Source: a virus
Virus record (IMG/VR): IMGVR_UViG_3300021957_000004
Length of the DNA: 64,000 nt
Direction: 5' to 3' (one strand)
The translations under genes and the position numbers were made by a program. A model generated the notes under the pieces. The model had not been told where the DNA came from. It saw only the letters and a list, made by a program, of their open reading frames with translations, and searched no databases. Of this stretch, positions 28,315 to 38,420 are shown piece after piece (the stretch's first letter is position 1; the number at the start of each line of letters is the position of its first letter).

Positions 28315-28490
28315 CATTAGCGCATTTTATATTAGCTAGCATTATCACGGGATATGCATGTCTTTATTATTATAAGCAAGGAATGAAAGAAGGTGCAGAA
28401 AGATGCATCCGAGTATTGCACGAACAAAAAGTAATTGCATACGATAGCACGGGGGAAATTTACCCCAATCCATTCTTTAAGAAAAAATAA
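28305..28490 (+). CDS. Small membrane protein
   Basis: GAGG SD; N-terminal TM segment. Confidence 0.6.
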   Translation: MEITLAHFILASIITGYACLYYYKQGMKEGAERCIRVLHEQKVIAYDSTGEIYPNPFFKKK

Positions 28491-28505
28491 GTCATAAATA
28501 GATCT

Positions 28506-29894
28506 ATGAATTCATTTAAATCTTTTACAGTTGAACCTATTCTTATTAAAGAAGTTTCTGGGTTGTCGGCAACAGAGTTAGACAAACCAAACGGACAAAC
28601 TGGCGAACATCGTTTAGAGATCCTAAAGAAACTTATAAAAGGTAAAACACCTTTGGAATTAAAGAAAGGCGGAACTACGGTCGTTACTGATATAGAAGAT
28701 GCATTAGCTAAACTTGATGTTTTCCTTAAGCAACCTTCTAACTTAGTATTCCAAACAAAAAATGGTCCAATTAAACTAACACAATTAGCAAAGAGTAAAG
28801 TCTTTGGCGGTGGTGTTGGTGGAGCAGGAGCTGGTACGGCAGACACAGAAAGAAATGAATCTCATAATGCATGTATGATGAAAGCTATGGTAGATAACCC
28901 AGGGCACGATTTATCATACTATGATGACGAAGTAATAGCTCAGGCTTACAAAGATAATGGCACATCAAATGTTAGTGCTAATACAGACAAGATATTAGAA
29001 ACTCCAGAAAATTGGTGGGCATCGTCATACTATATAACAAAATACCTAGTTAGTAAAAAGCTAATTCATAAGAACATGGAATTCCATCGTGGATCAAAAG
29101 AGATGATAAAGATATATGCTATGAAAAATCTAGCATTTAAAAATTCAGGCTTTGCCCCACTAAAAGATGATAAGTGGAATCCAGGCGATGTATGGGCAAT
29201 ACAAAAAGGATTTAATTTAGATAAGTTAAATACTATGTCAATACACGGTTTTAATAAATCTTTAATTGCGGCATTTACAAAAAGAGAAATAGTAGGTATA
29301 TCACTAAAACTAGTTAAGAATGATTCTGTTCCTTTTAGTGTAAATAATTATAAACAACCACCGGAAGTACTCCTACACAAGATAGCTTCTATGGGGTTTG
29401 AATCTGGAAGAGGATCGTTTTGGTCTTCAAAAGGTTCTTTTATTAAAACTACGTCATTACAATTAGACTTAAAAGATAACACTCCTGGTGGAACTATTAA
29501 GGCTGAAGTAAAAGGTAAAACATCTAGAGGTGGTGGAATTAGCTGGGGCATTATGCAAGATATAGTCCAACATGAAGCAGGTAAAAAATTACCTAAACAT
29601 ACTGGTGGTATAACTAAATCAGCTAAAAATATCGCAATGGGTAAACCAAAAGATGTACAAGCTATGTACAAAATGTTTAATGAATTTTATAAGAACGTAA
29701 GCTATGAAGCTTTTGTAGCTGAACTAGAAGAAAAAGATTGGCAATGGATTAGTGCTAAACTAGCTTCTTTAACTTTACTTTATACTATAAACAAAGCTGG
29801 TGGCAAGAAATCTAATGCCATCGTAACAAGAATGATTAACTACGCCGGATCAACGACTGCTGAAGGCGGAGTATATGTTAAATTAGGAAAATAA
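28506..29894 (+). CDS. Late protein, possible PD-(D/E)xK nuclease fold, CTS-like N-terminus
   Basis: CATAAATA late-type promoter just upstream; KWNPGDVW...IVGISLK; MNSFKSF. Confidence 0.55.
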   Translation: MNSFKSFTVEPILIKEVSGLSATELDKPNGQTGEHRLEILKKLIKGKTPLELKKGGTTVVTDIEDALAKLDVFLKQPSNLVFQTKNGPIKLTQLAKSKVFGGGVGGAGAGTADTERNESHNACMMKAMVDNPGHDLSYYDDEVIAQAYKDNGTSNVSANTDKILETPENWWASSYYITKYLVSKKLIHKNMEFHRGSKEMIKIYAMKNLAFKNSGFAPLKDDKWNPGDVWAIQKGFNLDKLNTMSIHGFNKSLIAAFTKREIVGISLKLVKNDSVPFSVNNYKQPPEVLLHKIASMGFESGRGSFWSSKGSFIKTTSLQLDLKDNTPGGTIKAEVKGKTSRGGGISWGIMQDIVQHEAGKKLPKHTGGITKSAKNIAMGKPKDVQAMYKMFNEFYKNVSYEAFVAELEEKDWQWISAKLASLTLLYTINKAGGKKSNAIVTRMINYAGSTTAEGGVYVKLGK

Positions 29895-31133
29895 ATGATA
29901 TCATTTAAAAACCATAACCTTACAGAAGCCAAAAACACTCACATGACTCATATAGAGGATTTAGTGTTGGATGGCGGAGTTAAGGGAGCCCGCCAAGCTA
30001 TCAACGCTCTACGCAGTATGAGAGATATGTTGAGTGGTCACGCAAAATCACCTGTAGACGTGACCGTAAAATGGGACGGGGCTCCCGCCGTATTCGCAGG
30101 TGAAGATCCAAGAGATGGATCGTTCTTCGTAGCTAAAAAAGGAATCTTTAATGCAGATCCTAAAGTATATAAAAGCCACGAAGATATAAAGGCTGATACC
30201 TCAGGTGATCTATCCAAAAAGCTTATTATGGCTTTTGATGGATTAAAGGACTTAGGTATCAAGGGTGTAATACAAGGTGACTTTATGTTTGATAAATCGG
30301 ACCTTAAAGGTGAAACGATTAACGGACAAAAGATGATTACCTTTCACCCAAACACTATTGTTTATGCAGTACCATATGGATCTAAATTAGAGAAAGATAT
30401 ATCTAAAGCAGATGTTGGTATTGTATGGCATACATCTTATAAAGGTGGAACATTCGAAACTATGCAAGCTTCTTTTGGCGGTGACATAGTTGGTAAATTA
30501 AAAAAGAGTTCTAAGGTATGGCAGGTAAATGCAGACCTAGAAGAGCTATCAGGTAAAGCTACATTTACCGCAGCAGACAATATGAAAGTAACTAAATTGT
30601 TATCTGAAGCTGGTAAACTATTCCAAAAGATATCTTCTGGGGTATTAAAAGAATTAGAAAACAATAAAGAATTAAATTTAGTTATTAATGTTTATAATAA
30701 TAGTATGGTGAGAAAAGGCCAAAGAATTAAAGACGAGAAGAAACACGCTAAGGGATTAATCCAGTTTGTTACTGATCGATACGCTAAACAAATCGATAAG
30801 CGTAGTTCACAGAAAGGAAAAGATATACAAATAGGTAAAAGAGATGAATTATTATCGTTTTTCTCTACTAGTAACTTAAAAAACTTAGAAAATGTCTTTA
30901 AATTACAGAATTATCTTGTAGACAGTAAATTAATTATTATAAATAAACTTAACAAACTAAATAAAATCGGAACGTTTGTTAAAACAACATCCGGATTTAA
31001 AGTAACCAACCCAGAAGGTTTTGTTGCTATAGATCGTATGGAAGGTGGAGCAGTTAAGCTTGTTGATAGATTGGAATTTTCTGCCAACAACTTTAGCAAA
31101 GATATTATAAAAGGTTGGGATAATCCTAACTAA
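29895..31133 (+). CDS. DUF6267-like protein with ligase/capping-enzyme nucleotidyltransferase motifs
   Basis: HIEDLV, KWDG, QGDFMF, EGFV, VKLVDR; N-terminus MISFKNHNLTEA. Confidence 0.7.
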   Translation: MISFKNHNLTEAKNTHMTHIEDLVLDGGVKGARQAINALRSMRDMLSGHAKSPVDVTVKWDGAPAVFAGEDPRDGSFFVAKKGIFNADPKVYKSHEDIKADTSGDLSKKLIMAFDGLKDLGIKGVIQGDFMFDKSDLKGETINGQKMITFHPNTIVYAVPYGSKLEKDISKADVGIVWHTSYKGGTFETMQASFGGDIVGKLKKSSKVWQVNADLEELSGKATFTAADNMKVTKLLSEAGKLFQKISSGVLKELENNKELNLVINVYNNSMVRKGQRIKDEKKHAKGLIQFVTDRYAKQIDKRSSQKGKDIQIGKRDELLSFFSTSNLKNLENVFKLQNYLVDSKLIIINKLNKLNKIGTFVKTTSGFKVTNPEGFVAIDRMEGGAVKLVDRLEFSANNFSKDIIKGWDNPN

Positions 31134-31151
31134 AATGGGAATTCAAAGGAT

Positions 31152-32618
31152 ATGCAAATTAAATCATTTAGTGATTACTTAGTCGAAGACACAAAAGAAG
31201 TCACATTCGTGTTCGGGCGTTTTAATCCGCCTACTATTGGTCATGAGAAACTATTTGACCAAACAAAAAAACTAGCCAGATCTGGCACATATCGTATATA
31301 CGCATCTAAATCTGTAGATGCTAAAAAGAATCCATTACAATTTAAAGACAAAGTTAAGTTTTTACGTAAGATGTTTCCTAAACATGCTCGCCAAGTTATG
31401 GCTGATAAGGATGTAAGAAACGTTTTAGATATTGCTACCAAATTATACGATCAAGGATTTACAAAAGCAAGTATGGTAGCAGGTTCAGATAGAGTAAAAG
31501 AGTTTGAAGTATTACTTAACAAATATAATGGTGTTAAGTCTAGACATGGTTTTTATGAATTCCAAGGTCTGATTAAAGTTTTAAGCGCAGGCGAGCGCGA
31601 CCCGGACGCAGAAGGTATATCAGGTATGTCAGCATCTAAAATGCGACAAGCAGCAGTAGATGGTAACCTACCATTATTTGCAAAAGGATTACCAGCAAGA
31701 TTTTATCCAACAGATTTATATAATGCTGTTAGAGCAGGTATGGGTTTAAAATCAGAAGGATTTAGACCACACGTTGAATTAGAAACTGTATCAGATATCA
31801 GAGAAGATTACGTGGAAGGAAAAATATTTAGAATTGGTACTATGATTCGTATGAAAGAATCAGGTGAAGTAGGTAAAGTGGTTATAAGAGGAACTAATTA
31901 TATTCTTGCAGAATTCAACGGAAGAAAAAGACGTTGTTGGCTAGATTCAATTCAAGAAGAAGGCGGTGCTGGAGATCATGGCACAGGCAAGCTTACCAAG
32001 AAATACAAAAAAGATACTCCGAAGATGGAGCTAAAAGATTCACCTTATAATAAAATAGTTAAAGACAATACGATCTTATCCTTCGGTAAGAAGAAAGATA
32101 AGAAAGAAGGTTATAACGACGGTGATTCTTCCCGTGGAGATAAAAATTACGATTCATTTAAGACTGGAAAAAAATCTACAGATTCTAAAAGAAGAGCTCA
32201 GCAGAATAAGCAAAAGGATATGAAAGATGATAATCCAGATGCATACAAAGATTTACCAGGTGATAAGAAAGCAAGAAAGAAAGGTTTACCACAATCTAAG
32301 TTTACAAGTAAATATAAACAGATGTATGGTGAAAACTTTGAAATGACTTTTGAAGATTTTATTATAGAGAATAAAGGTCAGGTAAAAACAGCTTTAAAAA
32401 AGAAATCAAAAGCAACAGGTGTTTCAATGTCTATACTAAATAAAGTATTTGATAGAGGATATGCTGCATGGAAAACAGGTCATAAACCAGGAACAACTCC
32501 AGTACAATGGGGATTGGCAAGAGTTAACTCTTTCTTAGTTGGCGGTCCAGTTTGGAAAAAGTTTGATAGCGATCAAGCGGAACTAGCAAGAAAGGGCGGA
32601 TTTAGCCCAGGAAAATAA
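31152..32618 (+). CDS. HIGH-superfamily cytidylyltransferase-like protein with C-terminal extensions
   Basis: FGRFNPPTIGHEKL, AGSDRV, SAGERDPD, SASKMR; N-terminus MQIKSFSDYLVE. Confidence 0.85.
   Translation: MQIKSFSDYLVEDTKEVTFVFGRFNPPTIGHEKLFDQTKKLARSGTYRIYASKSVDAKKNPLQFKDKVKFLRKMFPKHARQVMADKDVRNVLDIATKLYDQGFTKASMVAGSDRVKEFEVLLNKYNGVKSRHGFYEFQGLIKVLSAGERDPDAEGISGMSASKMRQAAVDGNLPLFAKGLPARFYPTDLYNAVRAGMGLKSEGFRPHVELETVSDIREDYVEGKIFRIGTMIRMKESGEVGKVVIRGTNYILAEFNGRKRRCWLDSIQEEGGAGDHGTGKLTKKYKKDTPKMELKDSPYNKIVKDNTILSFGKKKDKKEGYNDGDSSRGDKNYDSFKTGKKSTDSKRRAQQNKQKDMKDDNPDAYKDLPGDKKARKKGLPQSKFTSKYKQMYGENFEMTFEDFIIENKGQVKTALKKKSKATGVSMSILNKVFDRGYAAWKTGHKPGTTPVQWGLARVNSFLVGGPVWKKFDSDQAELARKGGFSPGK
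31585..31609. other. CpG-rich island
   Basis: gcgcaggcgagcgcgacccggacgc. Confidence 0.6.
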
Positions 32619-32629
32619 AAAGGAATAAA

Positions 32630-33088
32630 ATGAAATCATTTAAAGAATTAAGAGAAAATAATACTAAGTTTAAGTCATCTAATCCTACGAAAGATGTTGC
32701 AGGATATCCTGAAGCAAAGGGCGTAGTTGGAAAAATTATTAAGTTTAGTGATAGAGATGGCAGAGGAGTTGGCATCGGAACAACAGTCTTAGATAATGGT
32801 AAACCTGCAAAAAATGGAAGTAGAGACGAAGTTATTAAAGTAATTAAAAAACATGATATTAAAGGATTTAGATTTGGTGGAGACTTTATGAGAAAAGAAG
32901 TTAACGCAAACAAAAACCTAGAATATCCAACTTCTCTTGCTAAGAAAACCGGACTAGTTAAATCAATAGATGGTTATAATGCATCTAAATTTTTACTAGA
33001 CGTAATTAAAAAATTTCCAAAAACGGAAACAAAAGGTAAAGAATATGTGGATTACGATAATGTAATGATCCACTTCATCGAGGTATAA
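32630..33088 (+). CDS. Putative internal head protein
   Basis: N-terminus MKSFKELRE. Confidence 0.55.
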   Translation: MKSFKELRENNTKFKSSNPTKDVAGYPEAKGVVGKIIKFSDRDGRGVGIGTTVLDNGKPAKNGSRDEVIKVIKKHDIKGFRFGGDFMRKEVNANKNLEYPTSLAKKTGLVKSIDGYNASKFLLDVIKKFPKTETKGKEYVDYDNVMIHFIEV

Positions 33089-33089
33089 A

Positions 33090-34106
33090 ATGAAATTTAA
33101 AGAATTAAGAGACGTAGTAGAAAAAATGTCAGGTTCTAAATTAACAGGACAAGAGATATCTGTTTGGTACAGAAAGAACAAAGACGTAGATAAAGCAGCT
33201 AAGAAAGACAAGAATATTAAAAAAGCTGTTGAGATAGCATTAGATCACGGCGGAGCTATGAACTTTGCTATTAAGAAGATCGAAAAGATTAAAAGAGGTT
33301 TAGCTGACAATCCTCATGTAGCTAAAGCACTATCTTTTGCAAACTTTGGTGAAGACAAAGATACTATTTCAGAAGGTACATGGGCAGTTCCTGATTCATA
33401 TGAGAATTTACAAAAACTACAATTTAATTTCTTAAATAAAAAAACCCCTGGTACTAAAGCCAATGCTAAACTACTCGCTAGAAAAATATACGGCATATTC
33501 GGGGATGATTCTTTCTTTGATGATTTACTAAGAATAGAAACCGATCCAGACCCTAAAGTCGATCTAAGAGATATAATTGTTAAGCATCTAGAAGATTGGA
33601 ACATGAAATTTAAAAAGGGTGGAGTCTATGTAATCACCCACGCACCTAAAGACTGGTGGGAAAAAGAAGGAGTAGGTGAATCAGCTAAGAAAAGAAAATC
33701 TGGTAATATTAAACCAACAGGTCTTGGTTCTCCTGTAAGAGGTAAACTTATGCCTGTAACGGAAGGTGTTAAAAAAGTAGATTCATTGGATAAAGCAGAA
33801 AGAATGCTTAACTATAAGATTAAAGAACTACAATATAAAACAGCATTAAAAACGTTTAATGAATATGATGCAGATCCAGAAGTAAAGAAAGAAGCTAAAG
33901 GAGCTACAGGATTAAACAATGCAGCTTTAGCAAAAAGAGTTCCAGAAAGATTTAAAGGGATAGATCAAAAAACAGCCCAAAGAGTAGCAGATGCAGTTAA
34001 GCCAAAAGGTATGATTAGCACTAAACTCTATATGGAGTTAGGTGATCTTTGGGATAAAAAGAATACAAAAGGGTTTGAAGCTCTTCTTAAGAAACATAAG
34101 GTATAA
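33090..34106 (+). CDS. Putative internal head protein, modular
   Basis: MKFKELRD; internal ISEG and VTEG sites; K-rich. Confidence 0.55.
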   Translation: MKFKELRDVVEKMSGSKLTGQEISVWYRKNKDVDKAAKKDKNIKKAVEIALDHGGAMNFAIKKIEKIKRGLADNPHVAKALSFANFGEDKDTISEGTWAVPDSYENLQKLQFNFLNKKTPGTKANAKLLARKIYGIFGDDSFFDDLLRIETDPDPKVDLRDIIVKHLEDWNMKFKKGGVYVITHAPKDWWEKEGVGESAKKRKSGNIKPTGLGSPVRGKLMPVTEGVKKVDSLDKAERMLNYKIKELQYKTALKTFNEYDADPEVKKEAKGATGLNNAALAKRVPERFKGIDQKTAQRVADAVKPKGMISTKLYMELGDLWDKKNTKGFEALLKKHKV

Positions 34107-34108
34107 AC

Positions 34109-34624
34109 ATGAGAAAATATAATCCAACAAATTCAAAAATTACAGTAGACGAAAGCGGTAGAGTAAAATTTAAATATCCGCAAGAAGATATATCTGAAGC
34201 TAAGATGAAAGATCTTCTTCGTAAACATAAAAGAGAATTACAAAAAGCACAAAGAAGCGGTAATTTAGAATTATCTAAAAAAGCAGAAGAAGATCTAATG
34301 CAATGGGCAATGGATGCTGGAGAAATTAAAACTGACGATCCAGATGATTTTAGCGATTGGTTAGATGATAACCTTGACGATATAATTAAAGGTAGAATTA
34401 AAGAAGATGTAGATTTATCAGAAGCTAAATTTAATTCAAAGAAAGAATTATCAGATGTTGCAAAGCTAGATAAACTACTAGAGAATGCATACAAAGGTAT
34501 GGGTAAATTACAACATGGTAAGTCAGAATACCTAAGAAAATTAAATGATGGTATTGTAGAAGCTAGAAGAGCTCTAGATACTTACGTTGATGCTATTAAG
34601 AGTGGAAAGTTAGACGACAAATGA
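34109..34624 (+). CDS. Putative internal head protein
   Basis: Repeated DISEAK/DLSEAK. Confidence 0.5.
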   Translation: MRKYNPTNSKITVDESGRVKFKYPQEDISEAKMKDLLRKHKRELQKAQRSGNLELSKKAEEDLMQWAMDAGEIKTDDPDDFSDWLDDNLDDIIKGRIKEDVDLSEAKFNSKKELSDVAKLDKLLENAYKGMGKLQHGKSEYLRKLNDGIVEARRALDTYVDAIKSGKLDDK

Positions 34625-34953
34625 AAAAGTTTAAAGCATTTAAGAAAGAAGAAGATTCACCTTGTTGGCCTGGATATAAGCAGGTTGGAACTAAGATGAA
34701 GAATGGTAAAGAAGTTCCTAACTGTGTTCCAATTGGGGAAGATTTAGACGAAGCTCCATTAGTAATGAATGATATGGATATGGTAAAAGCTATATTAAAA
34801 AAGGTCGAAGATGATATAGCAAAGCTTAGTTTAAGGAAGAAAATAGAACAAGCCTGGCCGAAGATTCAGATACTAGCTAAAATGGCTGGTTATAAAGTAA
34901 CCAAAACTGCACAAGAAAAAGGCAGAATATTTAGGTCGGACATTAAGAAATAA
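34621..34953 (+). CDS. Putative internal head protein
   Basis: MKKFKAFKKEE; CWPGYKQVG...VPNCVP mini-domain; LDEA. Confidence 0.55.
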   Translation: MKKFKAFKKEEDSPCWPGYKQVGTKMKNGKEVPNCVPIGEDLDEAPLVMNDMDMVKAILKKVEDDIAKLSLRKKIEQAWPKIQILAKMAGYKVTKTAQEKGRIFRSDIKK

Positions 34954-35327
34954 TGTATACTTTTAAAGAAAAGGATTTTGGAATGTATGAAGGTAAAACT
35001 TATCCACTAGAAACTCCTATGTTAGAAGGTGGACCAGAGCCAGAGTTAAATAAACCAAAGCGAAGCGGACCAGATGATCCTAAAAAATTCGTGGTTTATG
35101 TAAAAGACCCAAAGACAGGAAACGTTAGAAAAATAAATTTTGGTAATGAAAAAGATTTTGATGGCGGTAACGCTAAGATAAATAATAAAGATAGAGCTAA
35201 GGCTTTCTCAGATAGACATAATTGTCCAGCTAAGAAAGATAAACTATCTCCAGGTTATTGGTCTTGTAACTTACCGAGATATGCTAAAGAGCTAGGACTT
35301 ACAGGTGGTGGAAATTACTTTTGGTAA
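34953..35327 (+). CDS. Conserved phage protein
   Basis: LNKPKR...KKFVVYVK...FSDRHNC...GYWSC. Confidence 0.7.
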   Translation: MYTFKEKDFGMYEGKTYPLETPMLEGGPEPELNKPKRSGPDDPKKFVVYVKDPKTGNVRKINFGNEKDFDGGNAKINNKDRAKAFSDRHNCPAKKDKLSPGYWSCNLPRYAKELGLTGGGNYFW

Positions 35328-35580
35328 ACCATACGAAGACTCTAGTAACATAAGAGAATTCGATGTTAAACGGGATGATGCCGAATATGTATGGCATAAG
35401 GATCCTGAGAACAGAGAATGTGAAATATTGGAAGGGGATGGATGGCAATTCCAATACGAAAATGCACTACCTTGGGCTATTCACCCAGGGATGATTTTTG
35501 AAATAAGAGGAAAGAATCATATGCATAGGTTAATTAAAGGAAAGAATAACTTAAAAATTAGGATAAAAAAACATGAGTAG
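35305..35580 (+). CDS. Small cupin-like protein
   Basis: VWHKD...E.ILEGDGW...HRLIKG. Confidence 0.6.
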   Translation: MVEITFGKPYEDSSNIREFDVKRDDAEYVWHKDPENRECEILEGDGWQFQYENALPWAIHPGMIFEIRGKNHMHRLIKGKNNLKIRIKKHE

Positions 35581-35890
35581 AGAAACTCAGGCGACCAAAC
35601 TTTCGCGTATAGAGGCGGATGCTACCGCAAGATTTGATCGTATAGAAAACAAAATGGACAAACTGTCCGAAGCAATCATCGCGCTTGCGAGGGCAGAAGA
35701 AAAGATTTTAACTCTTACATCTTTCAGTAAACAACAATCTGAACAGATTCAAAGGGTTATAAATAGGGTTGATAGTATAGAAGAACTGGTTACATCCAAT
35801 GCTTCAACTATCAATATTATTAACAAGATATTCTGGATTATCATGGCCTCAGCGGCCACTGTGATTACTGGAATGCTTATATTGCAATAG
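35573..35890 (+). CDS. Coiled-coil protein with C-terminal TM helix
   Basis: Heptad pattern followed by hydrophobic tail. Confidence 0.65.
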   Translation: MSRETQATKLSRIEADATARFDRIENKMDKLSEAIIALARAEEKILTLTSFSKQQSEQIQRVINRVDSIEELVTSNASTINIINKIFWIIMASAATVITGMLILQ

Positions 35891-35902
35891 AGGAAAATAT
35901 AA

Positions 35903-36742
35903 ATGAATAATTTATGGAACGATGACCTAACTCAAAGCATTGCTAGCACAGTAAACGATGTACTAGAAGGTAAAAAGAGTTATAAAAAAGAAGAAATGGA
36001 TCCAAAAGATCATGTCAAATCTGGCAAAGATGGTGGATTCGATGTTGTAGATGCTAATGGCGACGTAGTTAAATCTTTCGGTAAGAAAGAAGAAGCTGAA
36101 GGTTATGCTATTAAAAACCACGACAAATTAATGTCTGCTAAAAACGAAGTAGCAGAACCAGAACCAAAAGGCGAGAAGGAATTCAAAGCTAAGCATAAGG
36201 TTAAAAAGTCTGGCGACAAAGAAGACGGTACTAACATGAAAGAAGAGATTACTATCTCTATTGATTACATGCATAAGATCGACGAAAAGCTTAAGCCAGG
36301 AAAAGGTAAAGAAACAATCGATGTAGATTACATTGGTGATAAAGGTCTTACCAAAAAACTAGAAAGCAAGTTTAAAGTAAAGATTAAACAAACTGGTTCT
36401 ACAACAGCTGATATAACAGGCGAGAAGAAAAATATTCTATCTTTCATGAAATCAGATGCTTATATGATGGATGATGGAGATATCGAAGAACTATTTCCAG
36501 AACTATTAGAATCTGTTTCTCCAGAGATGGCAGACGAACTTCCAGCAGCTGGTAAAGAAACTGGTTACATGGACGAAGAAGAAAAAGATCTTTCTCCAGC
36601 TCAGAAAAAATATCAAGCGTTTTTTAAGAAAGCTCTTAAGAAATTTGACGCTGAATCACCAGCTGATTTAGACGACGAAAAGAAAAAAGAATTCTTTAAC
36701 TACATTGATAAAAATTATAAAGGCGACAACGAAAGCGACTAA
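35903..36742 (+). CDS. Highly charged late protein, possible head core/internal protein
   Basis: E/K-rich with VLEG and LLES sites. Confidence 0.55.
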   Translation: MNNLWNDDLTQSIASTVNDVLEGKKSYKKEEMDPKDHVKSGKDGGFDVVDANGDVVKSFGKKEEAEGYAIKNHDKLMSAKNEVAEPEPKGEKEFKAKHKVKKSGDKEDGTNMKEEITISIDYMHKIDEKLKPGKGKETIDVDYIGDKGLTKKLESKFKVKIKQTGSTTADITGEKKNILSFMKSDAYMMDDGDIEELFPELLESVSPEMADELPAAGKETGYMDEEEKDLSPAQKKYQAFFKKALKKFDAESPADLDDEKKKEFFNYIDKNYKGDNESD

Positions 36743-36754
36743 ACAGGAAAAAAA

Positions 36755-37210
36755 ATGAAAACATTTAAAGAAATGAAACAATACATTCAGGTACATGAAA
36801 GGTTTAAAGCTAAACCGCCTATGTCAGGTATGCACTTAACAGGGTTTGAGGGCAAATTAAAACTAAATCAACAATCTGGGCACGAAGATAATCATAGTGA
36901 TGCAGTTATTAAGGACTTCAAAGCTGCGGTTAAAATAGTAGATAAACATCTTAAAAAATTAGGAATGAAATCTGTTCCTGAAGTTTTTGTTGGACCTAAA
37001 GACGTTGCAAAAGAAAAAGGCGTTAAGGTTGGAGCATTTGCTAGTGATTTTGCTATTAGCGTATATCCAGGATTTCGAGATGGCCCTAAATTGCCATCTG
37101 GTAAAAAAGATTCTGAAATTAATTTAGACCCAATGGTAGCTGAATTAGGCAAGCTAAAATCCTTCGTCAACTTTCCAAGAAGCGACTGGAGCGATAACTG
37201 GGACAAATAA
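36755..37210 (+). CDS. Putative internal head protein
   Basis: MKTFKEMKQYIQVHE. Confidence 0.55.
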   Translation: MKTFKEMKQYIQVHERFKAKPPMSGMHLTGFEGKLKLNQQSGHEDNHSDAVIKDFKAAVKIVDKHLKKLGMKSVPEVFVGPKDVAKEKGVKVGAFASDFAISVYPGFRDGPKLPSGKKDSEINLDPMVAELGKLKSFVNFPRSDWSDNWDK

Positions 37211-37228
37211 GCTATCATAGATAGTTAC

Positions 37229-37600
37229 ATGATGAAAATATTTGACGAGCTAAACGCTAAGAACTTTAAACTGTTCGCAGCCAAACATTATAGCAATCCA
37301 GAATGCACTGATGCATCTGAGTTTGAAGAAGATCTTTCTAGATTTAAATATCTAAAAAGGTTATTAAGACGATATGAAGAAGCAGAAGATTTACAGGAAC
37401 GACTGATTCTTAACCATATAATTGTCTTATATAATGTATTTGGAATAAAAGCTGCGAACAAAATGATGTGGTATAAAATACAACCAGAATACTGGCATTA
37501 TATAAAACCGTTCTTAGTATTTTTAAATTATCTACCTGAACAGGAAAAGGTAGATGTACCATTAGATCCATTAATAGTAGAGAGGTTACGAAATATATAA
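37229..37600 (+). CDS. Conserved T4-like phage protein
   Basis: FAAKHYSNPEC...FKYLKRL...RLILNHIIVLYNVFG. Confidence 0.75.
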   Translation: MMKIFDELNAKNFKLFAAKHYSNPECTDASEFEEDLSRFKYLKRLLRRYEEAEDLQERLILNHIIVLYNVFGIKAANKMMWYKIQPEYWHYIKPFLVFLNYLPEQEKVDVPLDPLIVERLRNI

Positions 37601-38187
37601 TGGGAATATTATCAAGAGCAGCAGATTTAGGATATGCATTTAGATTCCTAAAACTTTTGACCACTAAGTGGGAAAAGCTACCTGCCTATGAATTAGGTAT
37701 AATTGATAAGCGTGGACGTAATATTAAAAAAGCAAAAGAGCTTACAACCCCAGAAGAAAAATCTGCATATACTATTTTTCATAGATTAGTATTTAATGTT
37801 AAAAGATTAATACAATTAGTTCCTGGTGGTAAATCTACCTTAGGTTCTTATGCAGCAGCTTTATTTTTAATTAAAGAACATACGGGTATGTCTGACAATA
37901 AGATAGAAGAAGTATTAGGTAAAGCTCTTGATGGTGATTTAGATAATTCTATTACAGAAAGTACTTGGTTTATAAAAGAGGGAATGCTAAACCCTGGTGT
38001 GTATTGTTTAACTAAAGACATAGTTTCATATAATACAGGTGAAATCATAGCACAAAAGAATTCAAAAGTAAAAGTAGATGAACATTCTGATCCATATTCC
38101 TCAATATTTGGTCATAACATCTATGAGGTTAAACACGTTTTAACAAAACAAAACTTATATATAAGTAATGAGGATATAAAAAGATGA
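37600..38187 (+). CDS. Conserved T4-like phage protein
   Basis: FRFLKLL...AYELGIID...FHRLVFNVKRL. Confidence 0.75.
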   Translation: MGILSRAADLGYAFRFLKLLTTKWEKLPAYELGIIDKRGRNIKKAKELTTPEEKSAYTIFHRLVFNVKRLIQLVPGGKSTLGSYAAALFLIKEHTGMSDNKIEEVLGKALDGDLDNSITESTWFIKEGMLNPGVYCLTKDIVSYNTGEIIAQKNSKVKVDEHSDPYSSIFGHNIYEVKHVLTKQNLYISNEDIKR

Positions 38188-38420
38188 GACGAACATTTCA
38201 AGAATATATAAAACAATGGGAAGATTCCGCAGCTAATAGCGTCGGAAATGGTGGTGTTTCCATGCCTTCTGATATGATGCCAAAAGATAAACATAAGAAA
38301 CACAAAGATAATAATAAAATCCAAAAAAGAATCTATGACGGACGTACTAAAGAAGGGCGTAAATTTGTAGAAAGGATTATGGCTAAAAGAGCAGCAAGAG
38401 AAGCAGCTAAGAATAAATAA
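38184..38420 (+). CDS. Small protein with CTS-like N-terminus
   Basis: MRRTFQEYIKQWED; DGRTK motif. Confidence 0.6.
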   Translation: MRRTFQEYIKQWEDSAANSVGNGGVSMPSDMMPKDKHKKHKDNNKIQKRIYDGRTKEGRKFVERIMAKRAAREAAKNK

